64,000 nucleotides of DNA from an uncultured Oscillospiraceae bacterium (GCA_964649845.1 CAZYSS010000001.1:15009-79008); one strand, 5' to 3'; positions 1-10,406 are shown, counted from the first letter of the stretch. A program made the numbers and translations. Notes: generated by a model not told the origin, from the sequence alone.

Positions 1-1
1 T

Positions 2-550
2 ATTATCACAAAAGGCGGTACTCTGGTAAATATCGTTCCTGATGATGTAAGAATGGAAATGTACGTTCGCGGTGCAACAATTGAATCCATCAAAGACGCA
101 AACGCAAAAGTTAACAGAGCTATCAGAGGCTGTGCATATGCTATCGGCTGTGAAGTTGAAATTACAGACCTGCCTGGTTACCTGCCAGTTGCTGACAACC
201 TTGACCTTGCTTATGTATTTGAAGACAATGCAAAAGCTTTGTTCCCTGAAAAAATCGTAAGACACGAAGAAGGTATCGGTGGCGGTTCATCTGATGTTGG
301 TGACGTTCAGGCTATTATTCCATGTATTCAGGGCGGTATCGGCGGCTTTGACAACGCTTTCCATTCCAAGCACTTTACTCTGGCAAACGAAGAACTGGCA
401 TTTATCGCTCCTGCAAAGGTTATGGCTTGCACAGTTATCGACCTGCTGGCTGATGATGCTGCAAAAGCAAAAGAAATCATCGAAAAATTTGACAGTCCAT
501 ACAATTCTAAAAACTATGATTCCATCTGGGAAGATATTATGGGTAAATAA
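2..550 (+). CDS. M20-family amidohydrolase/peptidase, C-terminal part (5' end outside window)
   Basis: Frame is open from the window edge. The C-terminal sequence (GGGSSDVGDV, FHSKHF) resembles M20D amidohydrolases. Strong codon bias. A hairpin terminator follows. Confidence 0.6.
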   Translation: MITKGGTLVNIVPDDVRMEMYVRGATIESIKDANAKVNRAIRGCAYAIGCEVEITDLPGYLPVADNLDLAYVFEDNAKALFPEKIVRHEEGIGGGSSDVGDVQAIIPCIQGGIGGFDNAFHSKHFTLANEELAFIAPAKVMACTVIDLLADDAAKAKEIIEKFDSPYNSKNYDSIWEDIMGK

Positions 551-577
551 TATACATCTGTGTACTGCATAGAAACC

Positions 578-604
578 AAAGCCCCGGCACTGCCGGGGCT
601 TTTT
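578..604. terminator. Bidirectional intrinsic terminator between convergent genes
   Basis: GCCCCGGCA/TGCCGGGGC stem flanked by AAA on the left and TTTTT on the right. Confidence 0.75.
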
Positions 605-652
605 GTCTGCATTGTACTAAAACTGGATGGCAACTGTCTTCCATGTTTATTT

Positions 653-1360
653 TTATTCCGGTGCTCCTACACCAAAATCAGTATTGTTCAGCAATATATC
701 CACACGGTCATTATGTTCATAAAGCGGAAACACATCTTTGACAAACCGCTGAATTACGCTTTCATCCGGTGTGATTGCAGTCTGATTTTCCACAAATATA
801 TTTACATTTACTCTTTCAAAACACTTAAGCCCTGTTTCTATATCATCAGTCATAGATTTTACAGTCTGTCCCGCAATACCAAACAGCAGACAGCATTCAT
901 CAAACCGCTCTGCGATTTTAGCGGGGTCTTTTTCCTGTATCCCTTTACAGAAAATATTTTCTCTGTAGTCATAATCAAAGGTTTCCACACCTGTTTTTAT
1001 TTTCAACTGTGTTCCCACCGCTCCGAATTTTTCTCTCAATGTCGGGATTTTATCCCTGTACAGCCAATGGCATTCAAAATGCAGGGTATTAATCTGTTTA
1101 TCCCTGCACAGTTGCAGCAATAAATCCATAGTTTTGCCATCCAGTTCCGGAAAACTGCCGGAATTGATTACCTCCAGATGACGGTAAACACCTGTCACCT
1201 GTTCTATCACACTGCTGTTCAGTGCAAAATTTGCCTCTTTGTCCTTTGAACAGTCCAGATGATAATCACAGAATGTGCATTTGCGCCACCGACAGCCTGT
1301 ACCTCGCAGGAGGATGATTTCTCTGGGATTTTTTTCGTGTATAACGCTGTATCGTATCAT
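653..1360 (-). CDS. Radical SAM-like protein with non-canonical CX4CX2C motif
   Basis: N-terminal ILLRGTGCRWRKCTFCDY resembles the Elp3/RaSEA-like radical SAM cluster-binding region. Start moved to the internal ATG at 1360, which has an AGAGG RBS. Confidence 0.55.
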   Translation of the reverse strand: MIRYSVIHEKNPREIILLRGTGCRWRKCTFCDYHLDCSKDKEANFALNSSVIEQVTGVYRHLEVINSGSFPELDGKTMDLLLQLCRDKQINTLHFECHWLYRDKIPTLREKFGAVGTQLKIKTGVETFDYDYRENIFCKGIQEKDPAKIAERFDECCLLFGIAGQTVKSMTDDIETGLKCFERVNVNIFVENQTAITPDESVIQRFVKDVFPLYEHNDRVDILLNNTDFGVGAPE

Positions 1361-1624
1361 AAACTTACCTCTTTTCCATAAGTGGCAATAAAAAATGCGT
1401 CTGTCGTTTACTGCGCACAAAACGCAGTGCATCCGACAAGACACACTGATACTGTTTTTATTTGCCCGTAGTTTTGTTTTAGGACAGGATGGTTTCGAAC
1501 TGTCCGCTATTTATATGAAGAAATTATATCACATTTAACCTTTAAAATGCAAAGGTATATTGTTAAAACCACAGATTATATGATAAAATATAACTATCAA
1601 TAAACGTATTATCAAGGAGCAGCT

Positions 1625-3115
1625 ATGGAAAAGAAATATGTACTGGCTCTGGACCAGGGCACCACATCCTCCCGCGCCATCATTTTTGACAAAAACCAGA
1701 AAATAGTGGCTATGGCACAGAAAGAATTTACCCAGATTTACCCTAAGGAAGGCTGGGTTGAACACGATGCTGTGGAAATTTATTCCTCACAGTACGGTGT
1801 AATGATAGAAGCTATTGTAAAAAGCGGTATAGACCCTGCTGAAATTGCAGGCATAGGTATTACAAACCAGCGCGAAACTACAGTGCTGTGGGACAAGGCA
1901 ACAGGCCGCCCTGTGTACAATGCAATTGTATGGCAGTGCCGCAGAACAGCAGATATCTGCGATGACCTTGTTGCACGCGGGTTGGACAAATATATAAAGG
2001 AAAGTACAGGTCTGGTGGTAGACGCATACTTCTCCGCCACAAAAATCAAATGGATTTTAGACAATGTTGAGGGTGTAAGAGAAAAGGCTGAAAAAGGCGA
2101 AATTCTGTTCGGCACAATTGACTCCTGGCTGGTGTACAAACTGACAAACGGCAAGGTGCACGTGACAGACTACACAAACGCATCCAGAACAATGCTGTTC
2201 AATATTCACACACTGCAGTGGGATGAAAAACTGCTGAAAGAGCTGGATATTCCAGCATCTATGCTGCCACAGGTTATGCCGTCCAGCCATATTTACGGCT
2301 ATGCAGATATTCAGGGTGTGCAGATACCTATTTCCGGTATTGCAGGTGACCAGCAGGCCGCACTTTTTGGTCAGCGCTGTTTTGAAAAGGGTGATACAAA
2401 AAACACATACGGCACAGGTTGTTTCCTGTTGATGAACACAGGTACCACACCATATGAAAGCAACTCCGGTCTGGTAACCACAATTGCTGTAGGTATTGAC
2501 GGCAGAGTGGAATACGCTCTGGAAGGCTCTGTATTTGTAGGCGGTGCTGTAATCCAGTGGCTGCGTGATGAAATGAGATTCCTGACAGAAAGCCGCGATG
2601 CAGAATACTATGCACAGAAAGTTTCTGACACAGGCGGCGTTTACCTGATTCCTGCATTTACAGGTCTGGGTGCACCGTACTGGGATATGTACGCCCGCGG
2701 CACAATTGTAGGTATTACACGCGGTACAAAACGTGAACATATTATCCGTGCAGCGCAGGAAAGCATAGCATATCAGTCTATGGACCTGGTAAAAGCTATG
2801 GAAAAAGACACAGGCCTTACCCTGAACGTGCTGAACGTGGACGGCGGTGCAAGCCGTGATGCATTCCTGATGCAGTTCCAGGCTGATATTCTGGACAAAC
2901 AGGTGGCAAGACCTGTAGTAAAAGAAACCACCGCTCTTGGTGCGGCATATCTGGCAGGTCTGGCAACCGGACTGTGGAACAGCCGCGAAGAGCTGAAAAC
3001 AGGCAACTGGTGTGATACAACTTTTACACCTGATATGGACGGTGAAAGACGAGAAAAACTGGTGCGCGGCTGGCACAAAGCCGTGGGCCGTAGCCTTGAC
3101 TGGGCAGAGCACTGA
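1625..3115 (+). CDS. glpK: Glycerol kinase
   Basis: Full-length 496 aa with the classic N-terminus [18 protein letters not shown] and FGGY-family motifs throughout. AGGAG RBS. Confidence 0.95.
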   Translation: MEKKYVLALDQGTTSSRAIIFDKNQKIVAMAQKEFTQIYPKEGWVEHDAVEIYSSQYGVMIEAIVKSGIDPAEIAGIGITNQRETTVLWDKATGRPVYNAIVWQCRRTADICDDLVARGLDKYIKESTGLVVDAYFSATKIKWILDNVEGVREKAEKGEILFGTIDSWLVYKLTNGKVHVTDYTNASRTMLFNIHTLQWDEKLLKELDIPASMLPQVMPSSHIYGYADIQGVQIPISGIAGDQQAALFGQRCFEKGDTKNTYGTGCFLLMNTGTTPYESNSGLVTTIAVGIDGRVEYALEGSVFVGGAVIQWLRDEMRFLTESRDAEYYAQKVSDTGGVYLIPAFTGLGAPYWDMYARGTIVGITRGTKREHIIRAAQESIAYQSMDLVKAMEKDTGLTLNVLNVDGGASRDAFLMQFQADILDKQVARPVVKETTALGAAYLAGLATGLWNSREELKTGNWCDTTFTPDMDGERREKLVRGWHKAVGRSLDWAEH

Positions 3116-3139
3116 TTATAAATCAATACCGAGGTATTT

Positions 3140-5719
3140 ATGGCTGATATAAACAAAAAAGCTAATCTTATAGACGGCAAAGACAGCGAATGGTGGTATA
3201 ACCATGGTGTGAAATACTATGAGGCCAAAGATTATGTCCCTGCACTGAAAGCACTGGAAAATGCTGCTGTGCTGGGAGATGCCACCGCAATGTTTCTCTG
3301 CCACAGTATGTACAGGGATGGTCTGGGTACTGCCGTTGACATTGACAAAGCAATAGCCTGGTGTACAAAATCTGCTGAAAACAACCTGCATTTTGCACAG
3401 AAAGCCCTGGGCGATTATTATATGAAAGGCTTATGCCTGCCGATGGATATTGACAAAGGTGTGGAATGGATGGATAAAGCCGCTGACAACGGAAACGAAG
3501 ATGCCTGTATGTTTCTTGGCTTTCTGTATGAAAACGCAACAGCCGTTACAGCCGGACAGGATATAGAAAAATCACTTAAATATTATGAAAAGGCTGCGCG
3601 TCTGGGCAACGATGCCGCCATGATGAAATGTTTCTATTTTTATGCCTCCAATGACTATGGTTTATTAAGATACGACGACGCTTACTACTGGCTGAGTGAG
3701 GCTATGAAAAAAGACAATCCCGAGGCACATTACCATTATGCAACTCTCATATCACATCAGAGTTCTATGGACACAGAAGAAAAGCTCAGAATACGGCTTG
3801 AACATCTGCAGCACTCTGCCCAGCGTGGTTACCACCAGGCAATGTTTACGCTTGCACAGATTGCTGAAGACGAAAATAATGTTCAGGCTACAATAAGCTG
3901 GTACCATATGGCAGCCGAACACGGCAACATAAAGGCGCTGGATTATCTGGTGAATATGTATGAAAACGGCGGTCTGCTGCCGGCAGACAGACAGCAGGCT
4001 ATGGCACTGCTGGAAAAAGTCGCAACTTCGACCAGTGGATATACAGTATTGGATAAAAATTACAATTCATACAAAGGCTATGCAATGCGCCTGCTTTCTG
4101 AAAGATATGCCGCAATGGGCGATAACGATAAAAAGCTGTACTGGTTAAAAAATGCGGCAGAAAACAGTGACCTGACGGCAATAAAATCAATGGCCAGCAT
4201 ATCCTATGCTGCAAAGGATTATAAAGCGGCGTACAACTACTATTTAAAAGGGTCATTCCTTGGCGACCGGACATCAACGTACAATGCAGGTGTTATGAAT
4301 CATAATGGCACCGGCTGCCGGAAAGACCTGAAAGAAGCTTTATTTTTCTACTTTAAAGCTGCCAAAGCCGGCCATGCGGGTGCACAGTACAGGCTGGCGG
4401 ATATGCTTTACCACGGCACAGGCTGCGATGTGGATATGCCGAACGCTCTGTACTGGTACGAAAAAGCGGCAGAAAACGAAAAAGCAGAGGCATATGAATG
4501 GGTGGGCTATATGTACCGCAACGGCAAAGGCTGTGAGGTAAATATGCCAAAAGCATTTTACTGGTACAGAATGGCTGCCCAGAACGGCAGTGCAGCAGCG
4601 CGGTATTTCACAGGAGATATGTATTACTACGGCAAAGGCTGTGAAGCCGATATGAAAAACGCGTTTTACTGGTTTGAAAAAGCCGCCGAAAAAGAGTATG
4701 TCAACGCCTATGAATGGATGGGCTTTATGTACAAAAACGGCAAGGGCTGCAAAAAGGACGAGAAAAAGGCATTCAGCTGGTATACCAAAGCCGCTGAAAG
4801 CGGAAAGGCATTTTCCCAGTACCATCTTGCCACAATGCTGCGCAACGGCACAGGCTGTGAAAAAGACCTGACAAAGGCTGTATACTGGTACGAAAAAGCT
4901 GCTGAAAATGGCAATGCCGATGCACAGGCTTTTCTTGGCGATGTATATTACCATGGCAAAGACTGTGCAGCTGATATGAAGAAGTCATTTTACTGGTTTG
5001 AAAAAGCCGCAGAAAACGGCAATGCAACCGGCTATGAATGGCTTGGCTTTATGTATGAGAACGGCTATGGATGCACCAAAGATGAGCTGATGGCATATGG
5101 CTGGTATAAAAAAGCTGCAGAAAAAGGCAAAACATATTCCCAGCAGAGGCTTGATACCATGAGCCATATCAAAGCCGACTATGAAAAACAGCTGAAAAAG
5201 GAGTCCCAGGAAGATATTGACAAAAAAGCGAATGATTTGTTGTGTGCTCTTGCCATGGAGTATTATCAAGACAAAAGCGACCCTGCTAATATAGAAACGG
5301 CATTCCACTTGTTTGAACAAACTGCTGAAAAAGATATAGCGGTTTCACAGTTTATGCTTGGCTCTATGCTGTATACCGGTACAGGCTGTGAAAAAAACCT
5401 GGCCAAATCCTTTTACTGGTACAAAAAGTCTGCTGAAAACGGAATAACCGAATCCTATGAATGGACAGCCTATATGTACTATACCGGCACAGGCTGTGAA
5501 AAAGATTACCGGAAAGCATACTACTGGTATGAAAAAGATGCACAGCGGGGCAAAGCAAAATCCCAGTATTTCTGCGGTGTGCTATGCAAAAACGGCACAG
5601 GCACAGAAAAAAATCTTGTGGAGGCAAAACGCTGGGCACGTATGGCGGCAGCCAACACCACAGCCGATGCAGAACTGAAAGAAAAAATCCGCAAGCTGTG
5701 CAAGGAACTGGGCATCTGA
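3140..5719 (+). CDS. Sel1-like repeat (SLR/TPR-type) protein, 859 aa, no signal peptide
   Basis: About 20 copies of a 36-aa unit (KAFYWYEKAAENGnaeAqyxLGxmYxxGxGcexD). Starts 24 nt after the glpK stop with a GAGG RBS. Confidence 0.85.
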   Translation: MADINKKANLIDGKDSEWWYNHGVKYYEAKDYVPALKALENAAVLGDATAMFLCHSMYRDGLGTAVDIDKAIAWCTKSAENNLHFAQKALGDYYMKGLCLPMDIDKGVEWMDKAADNGNEDACMFLGFLYENATAVTAGQDIEKSLKYYEKAARLGNDAAMMKCFYFYASNDYGLLRYDDAYYWLSEAMKKDNPEAHYHYATLISHQSSMDTEEKLRIRLEHLQHSAQRGYHQAMFTLAQIAEDENNVQATISWYHMAAEHGNIKALDYLVNMYENGGLLPADRQQAMALLEKVATSTSGYTVLDKNYNSYKGYAMRLLSERYAAMGDNDKKLYWLKNAAENSDLTAIKSMASISYAAKDYKAAYNYYLKGSFLGDRTSTYNAGVMNHNGTGCRKDLKEALFFYFKAAKAGHAGAQYRLADMLYHGTGCDVDMPNALYWYEKAAENEKAEAYEWVGYMYRNGKGCEVNMPKAFYWYRMAAQNGSAAARYFTGDMYYYGKGCEADMKNAFYWFEKAAEKEYVNAYEWMGFMYKNGKGCKKDEKKAFSWYTKAAESGKAFSQYHLATMLRNGTGCEKDLTKAVYWYEKAAENGNADAQAFLGDVYYHGKDCAADMKKSFYWFEKAAENGNATGYEWLGFMYENGYGCTKDELMAYGWYKKAAEKGKTYSQQRLDTMSHIKADYEKQLKKESQEDIDKKANDLLCALAMEYYQDKSDPANIETAFHLFEQTAEKDIAVSQFMLGSMLYTGTGCEKNLAKSFYWYKKSAENGITESYEWTAYMYYTGTGCEKDYRKAYYWYEKDAQRGKAKSQYFCGVLCKNGTGTEKNLVEAKRWARMAAANTTADAELKEKIRKLCKELGI
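4290..5650 (+). repeat. Degenerate tandem 108-nt (36-aa) coding repeats inside the Sel1 gene
   Basis: Recurrent TTTTACTGGT(A/T)(C/T)GAAAAAGC(C/T)GC(A/T)GAAAA(C/T)GG strings at 108-nt or 216-nt spacing. Confidence 0.7.
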
Positions 5720-5753
5720 CAGAAAAAAATATAAGCAAATAAATAAAAAAAAC

Positions 5754-5794
5754 AAAATGTCATTCTGAAAATTTCTGTTTCAGAATGACATTTT
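5754..5794. repeat. GTCATTCTGA hairpin element (minimal copy), acting as a bidirectional terminator
   Basis: AAAATGTCATTCTGAAA / TTTCAGAATGACATTTT is a perfect 17-bp stem with a 7-nt loop, sitting between convergent genes. It has the same termini as the elements at 10407, 24755 and 51848. Confidence 0.8.
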
Positions 5795-5826
5795 TATTTG
5801 ATTTACATATTGATGCCCTGCAGTTT

Positions 5827-6549
5827 TTACTGCTTTATAAACTGCACAATTGCATCCACAGTCTGTGAAAGCTGCTGTTCCGCTGTAATCGCAGCAGCTC
5901 CATCACCCTGTTGTGAGCCGTAGCTGCCAAACTGGGCGTGATTGCCACCGTCAATTACAATTTCCTGCATTGTATAAGGAAGATTGATTTTGTATTTATT
6001 ATATTTTTCCATATTCAGCACAGTGTCGTTGCTGCCGTAAACAGACAGTACTGACAACCCACTGTCAGTCAGGTCCGCAGTGGAGTATGCTGCCAGCAGT
6101 ATAAGACCGATATAATCATCACTGTTTTCTGCCACATAGCCGGCTGCCATAGAACCACCAAGAGAGTGGCCACCGATATACCAGTTTTCTACCTGTGAAA
6201 ACTTTTCCTGTATTTCTTCTGCCGCATCCATATCCAGAACCGCCAGATTATACGGCATCTGCGCAATAACGCACAGTACTCCATTTTCAGCAAGCTGTTT
6301 CATCAATGGGGCATAAGCGGTGTACTCCACCTTGCCACCGGGATAAAATATAAAACCGGCAATAGTGGTCTGTGGCTGAAACACCACAGTATCATCCTGT
6401 GAATATATGTTTATTGTATCTGTTGCTTCCAGAGCCTGCTGTGCTGTTTCGTCTGCCCTGTAATAATCCATGGCATATATATTCAGCGCACCAAAACATA
6501 TTGCAACCAGCACTGCAATTGATATAAAAGTTCTTTTCAGTATTTTCAC
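5827..6549 (-). CDS. Alpha/beta hydrolase with N-terminal membrane anchor or signal
   Basis: GHSLGG nucleophile elbow and a hydrophobic N-terminus. GTG start with an AGGTGA RBS. Last gene of the ABC operon. Confidence 0.7.
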   Translation of the reverse strand: MKILKRTFISIAVLVAICFGALNIYAMDYYRADETAQQALEATDTINIYSQDDTVVFQPQTTIAGFIFYPGGKVEYTAYAPLMKQLAENGVLCVIAQMPYNLAVLDMDAAEEIQEKFSQVENWYIGGHSLGGSMAAGYVAENSDDYIGLILLAAYSTADLTDSGLSVLSVYGSNDTVLNMEKYNKYKINLPYTMQEIVIDGGNHAQFGSYGSQQGDGAAAITAEQQLSQTVDAIVQFIKQ

Positions 6550-6557
6550 TTTGTCAC

Positions 6558-7130
6558 CTACAGGTTTATTATTTCTGCCCCCAGTGCTGGGGCATCTTCA
6601 TCGTTATGGGTAATCACCATCAGCAGGCGTCCTGCCAGCAACCGCTTTACCTGCTGTATTACCTGCAGACGGGTATCATCATCCAGCCCTTTGAAAGGCT
6701 CATCCATAAGCACAACATCACTGTCACTTACCAGTGCACGCAGTATTGCCACACGGCGTTTCTGCCCGCCGGACAACTGTGATACAGGGCGGCGGATTTC
6801 GTCCTGTGCCAAACCCATTTTCAGCAGCAATTCTTCCAGTTCCGCTTTATCAGGCTTATCCAGCACAATAGCCAGGTTCATCAGGGCAGACAGTTCTTCG
6901 CACAGGCGGTCCTCCTGAAAAACTGCAGAAAAATTCTTGTTTTCAATCCCGATAATTTCACCATTATCCCGCTTTATAAGCCCCAACAGAATGTTGAACA
7001 AAGTGGTTTTGCCACGGCCCGATGGCCCCATAAGGCATACAGGCCGGTCTGCAGTCAAAGTGATACTGATATTGTCCAGCACCAGAGTATCACCGTAGCT
7101 TTTGGAGAGATTTCTGATTTCTATTTTCAT
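6558..7130 (-). CDS. ABC transporter ATP-binding protein (short, 190 aa)
   Basis: Walker A GPSGRGKTT, signature LSGGQKRR, Walker B VVLMDEP. Confidence 0.85.
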   Translation of the reverse strand: MKIEIRNLSKSYGDTLVLDNISITLTADRPVCLMGPSGRGKTTLFNILLGLIKRDNGEIIGIENKNFSAVFQEDRLCEELSALMNLAIVLDKPDKAELEELLLKMGLAQDEIRRPVSQLSGGQKRRVAILRALVSDSDVVLMDEPFKGLDDDTRLQVIQQVKRLLAGRLLMVITHNDEDAPALGAEIINL

Positions 7131-7141
7131 AATATGCCCTC

Positions 7142-7900
7142 CTACAGGAAACCGTCAGTGATTCTGGCGGTGATTTTATCCAGCAGCCACAGGAAACCTT
7201 TTTCCACTATAAAGCTGATAAACACGATTACCACAGTCCAGGCAAACATTTCGGCTGTGTCCATATACAGTTTGGTTTCATACAGCCGGTTGCCCATAGA
7301 GCCGTTTGGCATGCCGATCACTTCGGCCGCTATGCCACTTTTCCAGCACAGCCCCAGAGATGTGGTACAGGCAGCTGTAAAATACGGCAGCACCTGTGGC
7401 AGATAGATATATTTTATCTTTTTCATATTGGTCAGGCGGAAAACCGCTGCCATTTCCAGCAGGGATTTGTCCACCCGTGTAAAGCCTGCCAGCATATTGT
7501 TGTACACAATAGGCAGCACCATCAGAAATGAAATGCTGATGGAAAGGTTACCGCCTGTAACCCACAGCAACAGAAGAATTATAAAGGATGCCACAGGCAC
7601 AGCTTTGATAACACTGAACAGCGGAGCAAACAGCAGTCTGACCCATTCAAACGCCGCAGACAGAGCCGCCAGCACTACACCTGTGATTACAGCCAGCATA
7701 AACCCCAGCAAAATGCGTGTAAGTGAAAACCTGATTGCATGCCAAAACGCTGATTGCCCGCAAAGGGTAATCAGCGCTTTAATTGTAGCAATCGGGGATG
7801 CCAGCAGTACCTCTTTGCCTATGTACATAGCCATAAGCTGCCATACTGCCACCCAGAACAATACACCTGTTAACTTTTTCAGTGTGTTATTAACCAACAT
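7142..7900 (-). CDS. ABC transporter permease (NitT/TauT-like family)
   Basis: Multi-TM protein with a BPD-type permease core. Start placed at the internal Met overlapping the end of the binding-protein gene. Confidence 0.8.
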   Translation of the reverse strand: MLVNNTLKKLTGVLFWVAVWQLMAMYIGKEVLLASPIATIKALITLCGQSAFWHAIRFSLTRILLGFMLAVITGVVLAALSAAFEWVRLLFAPLFSVIKAVPVASFIILLLLWVTGGNLSISISFLMVLPIVYNNMLAGFTRVDKSLLEMAAVFRLTNMKKIKYIYLPQVLPYFTAACTTSLGLCWKSGIAAEVIGMPNGSMGNRLYETKLYMDTAEMFAWTVVIVFISFIVEKGFLWLLDKITARITDGFL

Positions 7901-8897
7901 AGTAGAATCCGTCGTCTGGCATTGCGCCACCAACAGATGCAGGGTTTTGTGCGTAAAGAACTGAACAGTAGTTATTTACCAGAGCTTTCATTTCTTCACC
8001 TGTCACACAAGTGATGTTGCACTGTGGGATAGCTTTTTTAGCCAGAGGCTCTTTTGCAACGATGCCGTATTCTGCAACCCATGCAGCAGCTTCGTCAACG
8101 TTTGATGTTACATATTCTGTAGATGCTGCATAGTCTGCAACAAATACATCAAATGCTTCTTTGTTTTCTTCGATAAATGATTTTCTTGCAACCAGAACAC
8201 CTGTGATAAGTTTCTGGTCAGAGATTTTACCCCATTCTTCTGTCATATCAAGGGCGACTGTTACATTTTCATTCTGTGCCTGTACAGCTGTTACATATGG
8301 CTGTGGCAGCATAGCTACCATATCGCCTTCTGCAGATGCCAGCAGTGCGCCAACTTCTGTAGCTTCGCTCTTGAATTCGATGGTTACATCATTGTCAGGG
8401 TCAATGCCGTTTTCAGACAGGATGTGGCGCAGTGTGTATTCAGGTGTTGTGCCTTTGCCTGTTGTGTAGATTGTTTTACCTTTCAGATCAGCGATGGACT
8501 GTACGCTGTCACCAATCTGTACCATGTACAGAACGCCCAGTGTGTTTACTGCAACAACCTGTACTTCACCTTCTGTTTTTGCATAAAGTGTAGCTGCCAC
8601 ATTTGCAGGAACAGCTGCAACATCCAGCTCGCTCTGGATAAGCAGAGGATTGATTTCCTGTGCTGTGCCGTACATTGTAACATTGTAAACATTGCCTTCA
8701 TATGTTTCGTCAGCATTGTTTGCTTCAGCGTCTTTCATCAGTTTTGTCATACCCATTGTTGTAGGGCCTTTCATACCTGCAATGCGGAATGTAGCTGTGG
8801 CAGGTGGTGTGATTTCACTGTTTGCTTCTGTGGAACATGCTGTAAAAACAGACAGACACATTACCATAGCAAGAACTAAACTTAAAACTTTTTTCAT
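7890..8897 (-). CDS. ABC transporter substrate-binding lipoprotein (NMT1/THI5-like fold family)
   Basis: Lipobox LSVFTAC after a signal peptide. Periplasmic-binding-protein-like sequence. First gene of a 4-gene operon. Confidence 0.75.
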   Translation of the reverse strand: MKKVLSLVLAMVMCLSVFTACSTEANSEITPPATATFRIAGMKGPTTMGMTKLMKDAEANNADETYEGNVYNVTMYGTAQEINPLLIQSELDVAAVPANVAATLYAKTEGEVQVVAVNTLGVLYMVQIGDSVQSIADLKGKTIYTTGKGTTPEYTLRHILSENGIDPDNDVTIEFKSEATEVGALLASAEGDMVAMLPQPYVTAVQAQNENVTVALDMTEEWGKISDQKLITGVLVARKSFIEENKEAFDVFVADYAASTEYVTSNVDEAAAWVAEYGIVAKEPLAKKAIPQCNITCVTGEEMKALVNNYCSVLYAQNPASVGGAMPDDGFYYVG

Positions 8898-9192
8898 AGT
8901 CTGTATACCTTTCTGTATGCGCTCTCCGGCGCGGGATTTGCTATATTATGTTAACATAAATTATATATTATTTCTGTTGCCATGGCAACAAAAACAATAC
9001 TTTGTTTAATTTTAAACAGGCTTATGTGACTAAATTACAATTCTCATTTATAAATATTAAGAATAGCTTAAAATAATATTAAAAACATATGATTTCACAC
9101 ATTTTTCTCTTGTTTTACACATTTTCATTTTAATATTTTCACAACCTGCAATTAATATATGTATTATTATACAGTCTGAAAGGAGCCGGAAT

Positions 9193-9900
9193 ATGAAAAT
9201 ACCGGAATATCGGCAATATTACCGTGAGCTGCGTCTTGACAATATAACAAGTGAAAAATACCGCCACATACTGTTGCTGGCATACTGGCCAGTGTTTGGT
9301 TTTCTGTTCTGGTTTGCAGAACGGGTTTATCCTGTAAAACAATATATCGTGGTGTACAGTTGGGTGGACAGCCTTATTCCCTTTTGCGAACTGTTTGTAT
9401 TTCCTTATGTACTGTGGTATTTTTATCTTATAGGTATACACGTATATACATTTTTCAATGATGTAGGTGCTTTCAGAAAACTGATGAAATATATTATTTT
9501 CACTTATTCGGTAACGTTGATTATATATTTTATATTTCCGACCTGTCAGATGCTGCGCCCGGTAGCCTTTGAAAGGGATAATATACTGACACAGTTTATG
9601 TCTGCTTTCTATGCATTTGACACAAATACCAATGTATGCCCGTCACTGCACGTGATAGGTTCAATGGCAGTAATGCATACAGCCTGGAACACAAAGGGTC
9701 TGGACAGCAGAAAAAGCAAAACAATATTTGCAATAACCACCTTTTTAATCAGCATATCCACAGTGTTTCTGAAACAGCATTCGGTTATTGATGTGCTGGT
9801 TGCTTTACCTATATGTATAATTGCTTACCAACTGTGTTTTGCACAGAATAAACACAGGACAACCAACCTGACAAAGAAAATAAAAGAAAAATTTGCATAG
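9193..9900 (+). CDS. PAP2-superfamily membrane protein (phosphatase / sphingomyelin-synthase-like)
   Basis: Six predicted TM segments. CPSLH and KQHSVIDV motifs resemble PAP2 motifs C2 and C3. Confidence 0.5.
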   Translation: MKIPEYRQYYRELRLDNITSEKYRHILLLAYWPVFGFLFWFAERVYPVKQYIVVYSWVDSLIPFCELFVFPYVLWYFYLIGIHVYTFFNDVGAFRKLMKYIIFTYSVTLIIYFIFPTCQMLRPVAFERDNILTQFMSAFYAFDTNTNVCPSLHVIGSMAVMHTAWNTKGLDSRKSKTIFAITTFLISISTVFLKQHSVIDVLVALPICIIAYQLCFAQNKHRTTNLTKKIKEKFA

Positions 9901-10032
9901 CGATGCGGCAGAGCTGTGGCAAAGCAGGGCTGTTTTGTTATTTGCAATCCGCACCACATTACATTATAATTAATAATTATATCAATTTTAATATGGCCTG
10001 CCGCTGATGGGTGCTGATAAAGGAGACAAATT

Positions 10033-10392
10033 ATGAGTGATTTTAAATTCTGGGATAAATATATGAGCCTTGAGGAAGAAGAATTGAAGCTGTTTAACTT
10101 TGTGCTGCAGTTTGACTTTGGCGACGGTAACAGGGAATATTCCTGTGAAGAACTGAAGGGTATGTCAGTAGAATTGAATGATATACTGGCCGCACTGAAA
10201 TTTATTATCTGCGGCTATAACGACGGGATGGACACCTATCTGGCTTTTCTTGATATTGACCCTGAAGGCGGTGTGGGTTACACATTCCTGAAGGATGAAT
10301 CTGAAATTCCTGTGGAGTTTGAGGACGCGGAAATTGTCGCTGCAAACATCTATGCTATTGCCAGTGATGCAATTATGGTAAATTTTGAATAA
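10033..10392 (+). CDS. Hypothetical acidic protein, 119 aa
   Basis: AGGAGA RBS and clean ORF. No family recognised. Confidence 0.5.
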   Translation: MSDFKFWDKYMSLEEEELKLFNFVLQFDFGDGNREYSCEELKGMSVELNDILAALKFIICGYNDGMDTYLAFLDIDPEGGVGYTFLKDESEIPVEFEDAEIVAANIYAIASDAIMVNFE

Positions 10393-10406
10393 TTATATAA
10401 GTAAGA

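Noticed and set aside
560-1123. 187-aa plus-strand ORF overlapping the radical-SAM-like gene.
   Set aside because: It begins inside the terminator hairpin, has no RBS and gives a low-complexity translation. The opposite strand carries the recognisable Cys motif.
2057-3112. Long antisense ORFs opposite well-supported genes. Examples are 2057-3112 opposite glpK, 13146-14222 opposite the flavin reductase, 23596-24603 opposite feoB, 32401-33477 opposite fabF and 50385-51353 opposite the Xaa-Pro dipeptidase.
   Set aside because: Their translations are Cys/His/Phe-rich and low-complexity. They have no RBS and no recognisable motifs. They lie opposite genes with strong codon bias, which depletes antisense stop codons. 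They are classic shadow ORFs.
4340-4954. Internal and antisense ORFs within the Sel1-repeat gene (4340-4954, 4985-5320, 5364-5738 on the minus strand, plus several on the plus strand).
   Set aside because: They are repeat-driven open frames with no start context. The sense Sel1 frame is continuous and shows the conserved 36-aa periodicity.
8898-9192. TPP or other riboswitch upstream of the NMT1/THI5-like binding protein operon.
   Set aside because: On the coding strand I find no CUGAGA / ACCUGA / pyrimidine-sensor helices or any other conserved riboswitch core. I see only AT-rich promoter-like DNA and one short GCGC hairpin.
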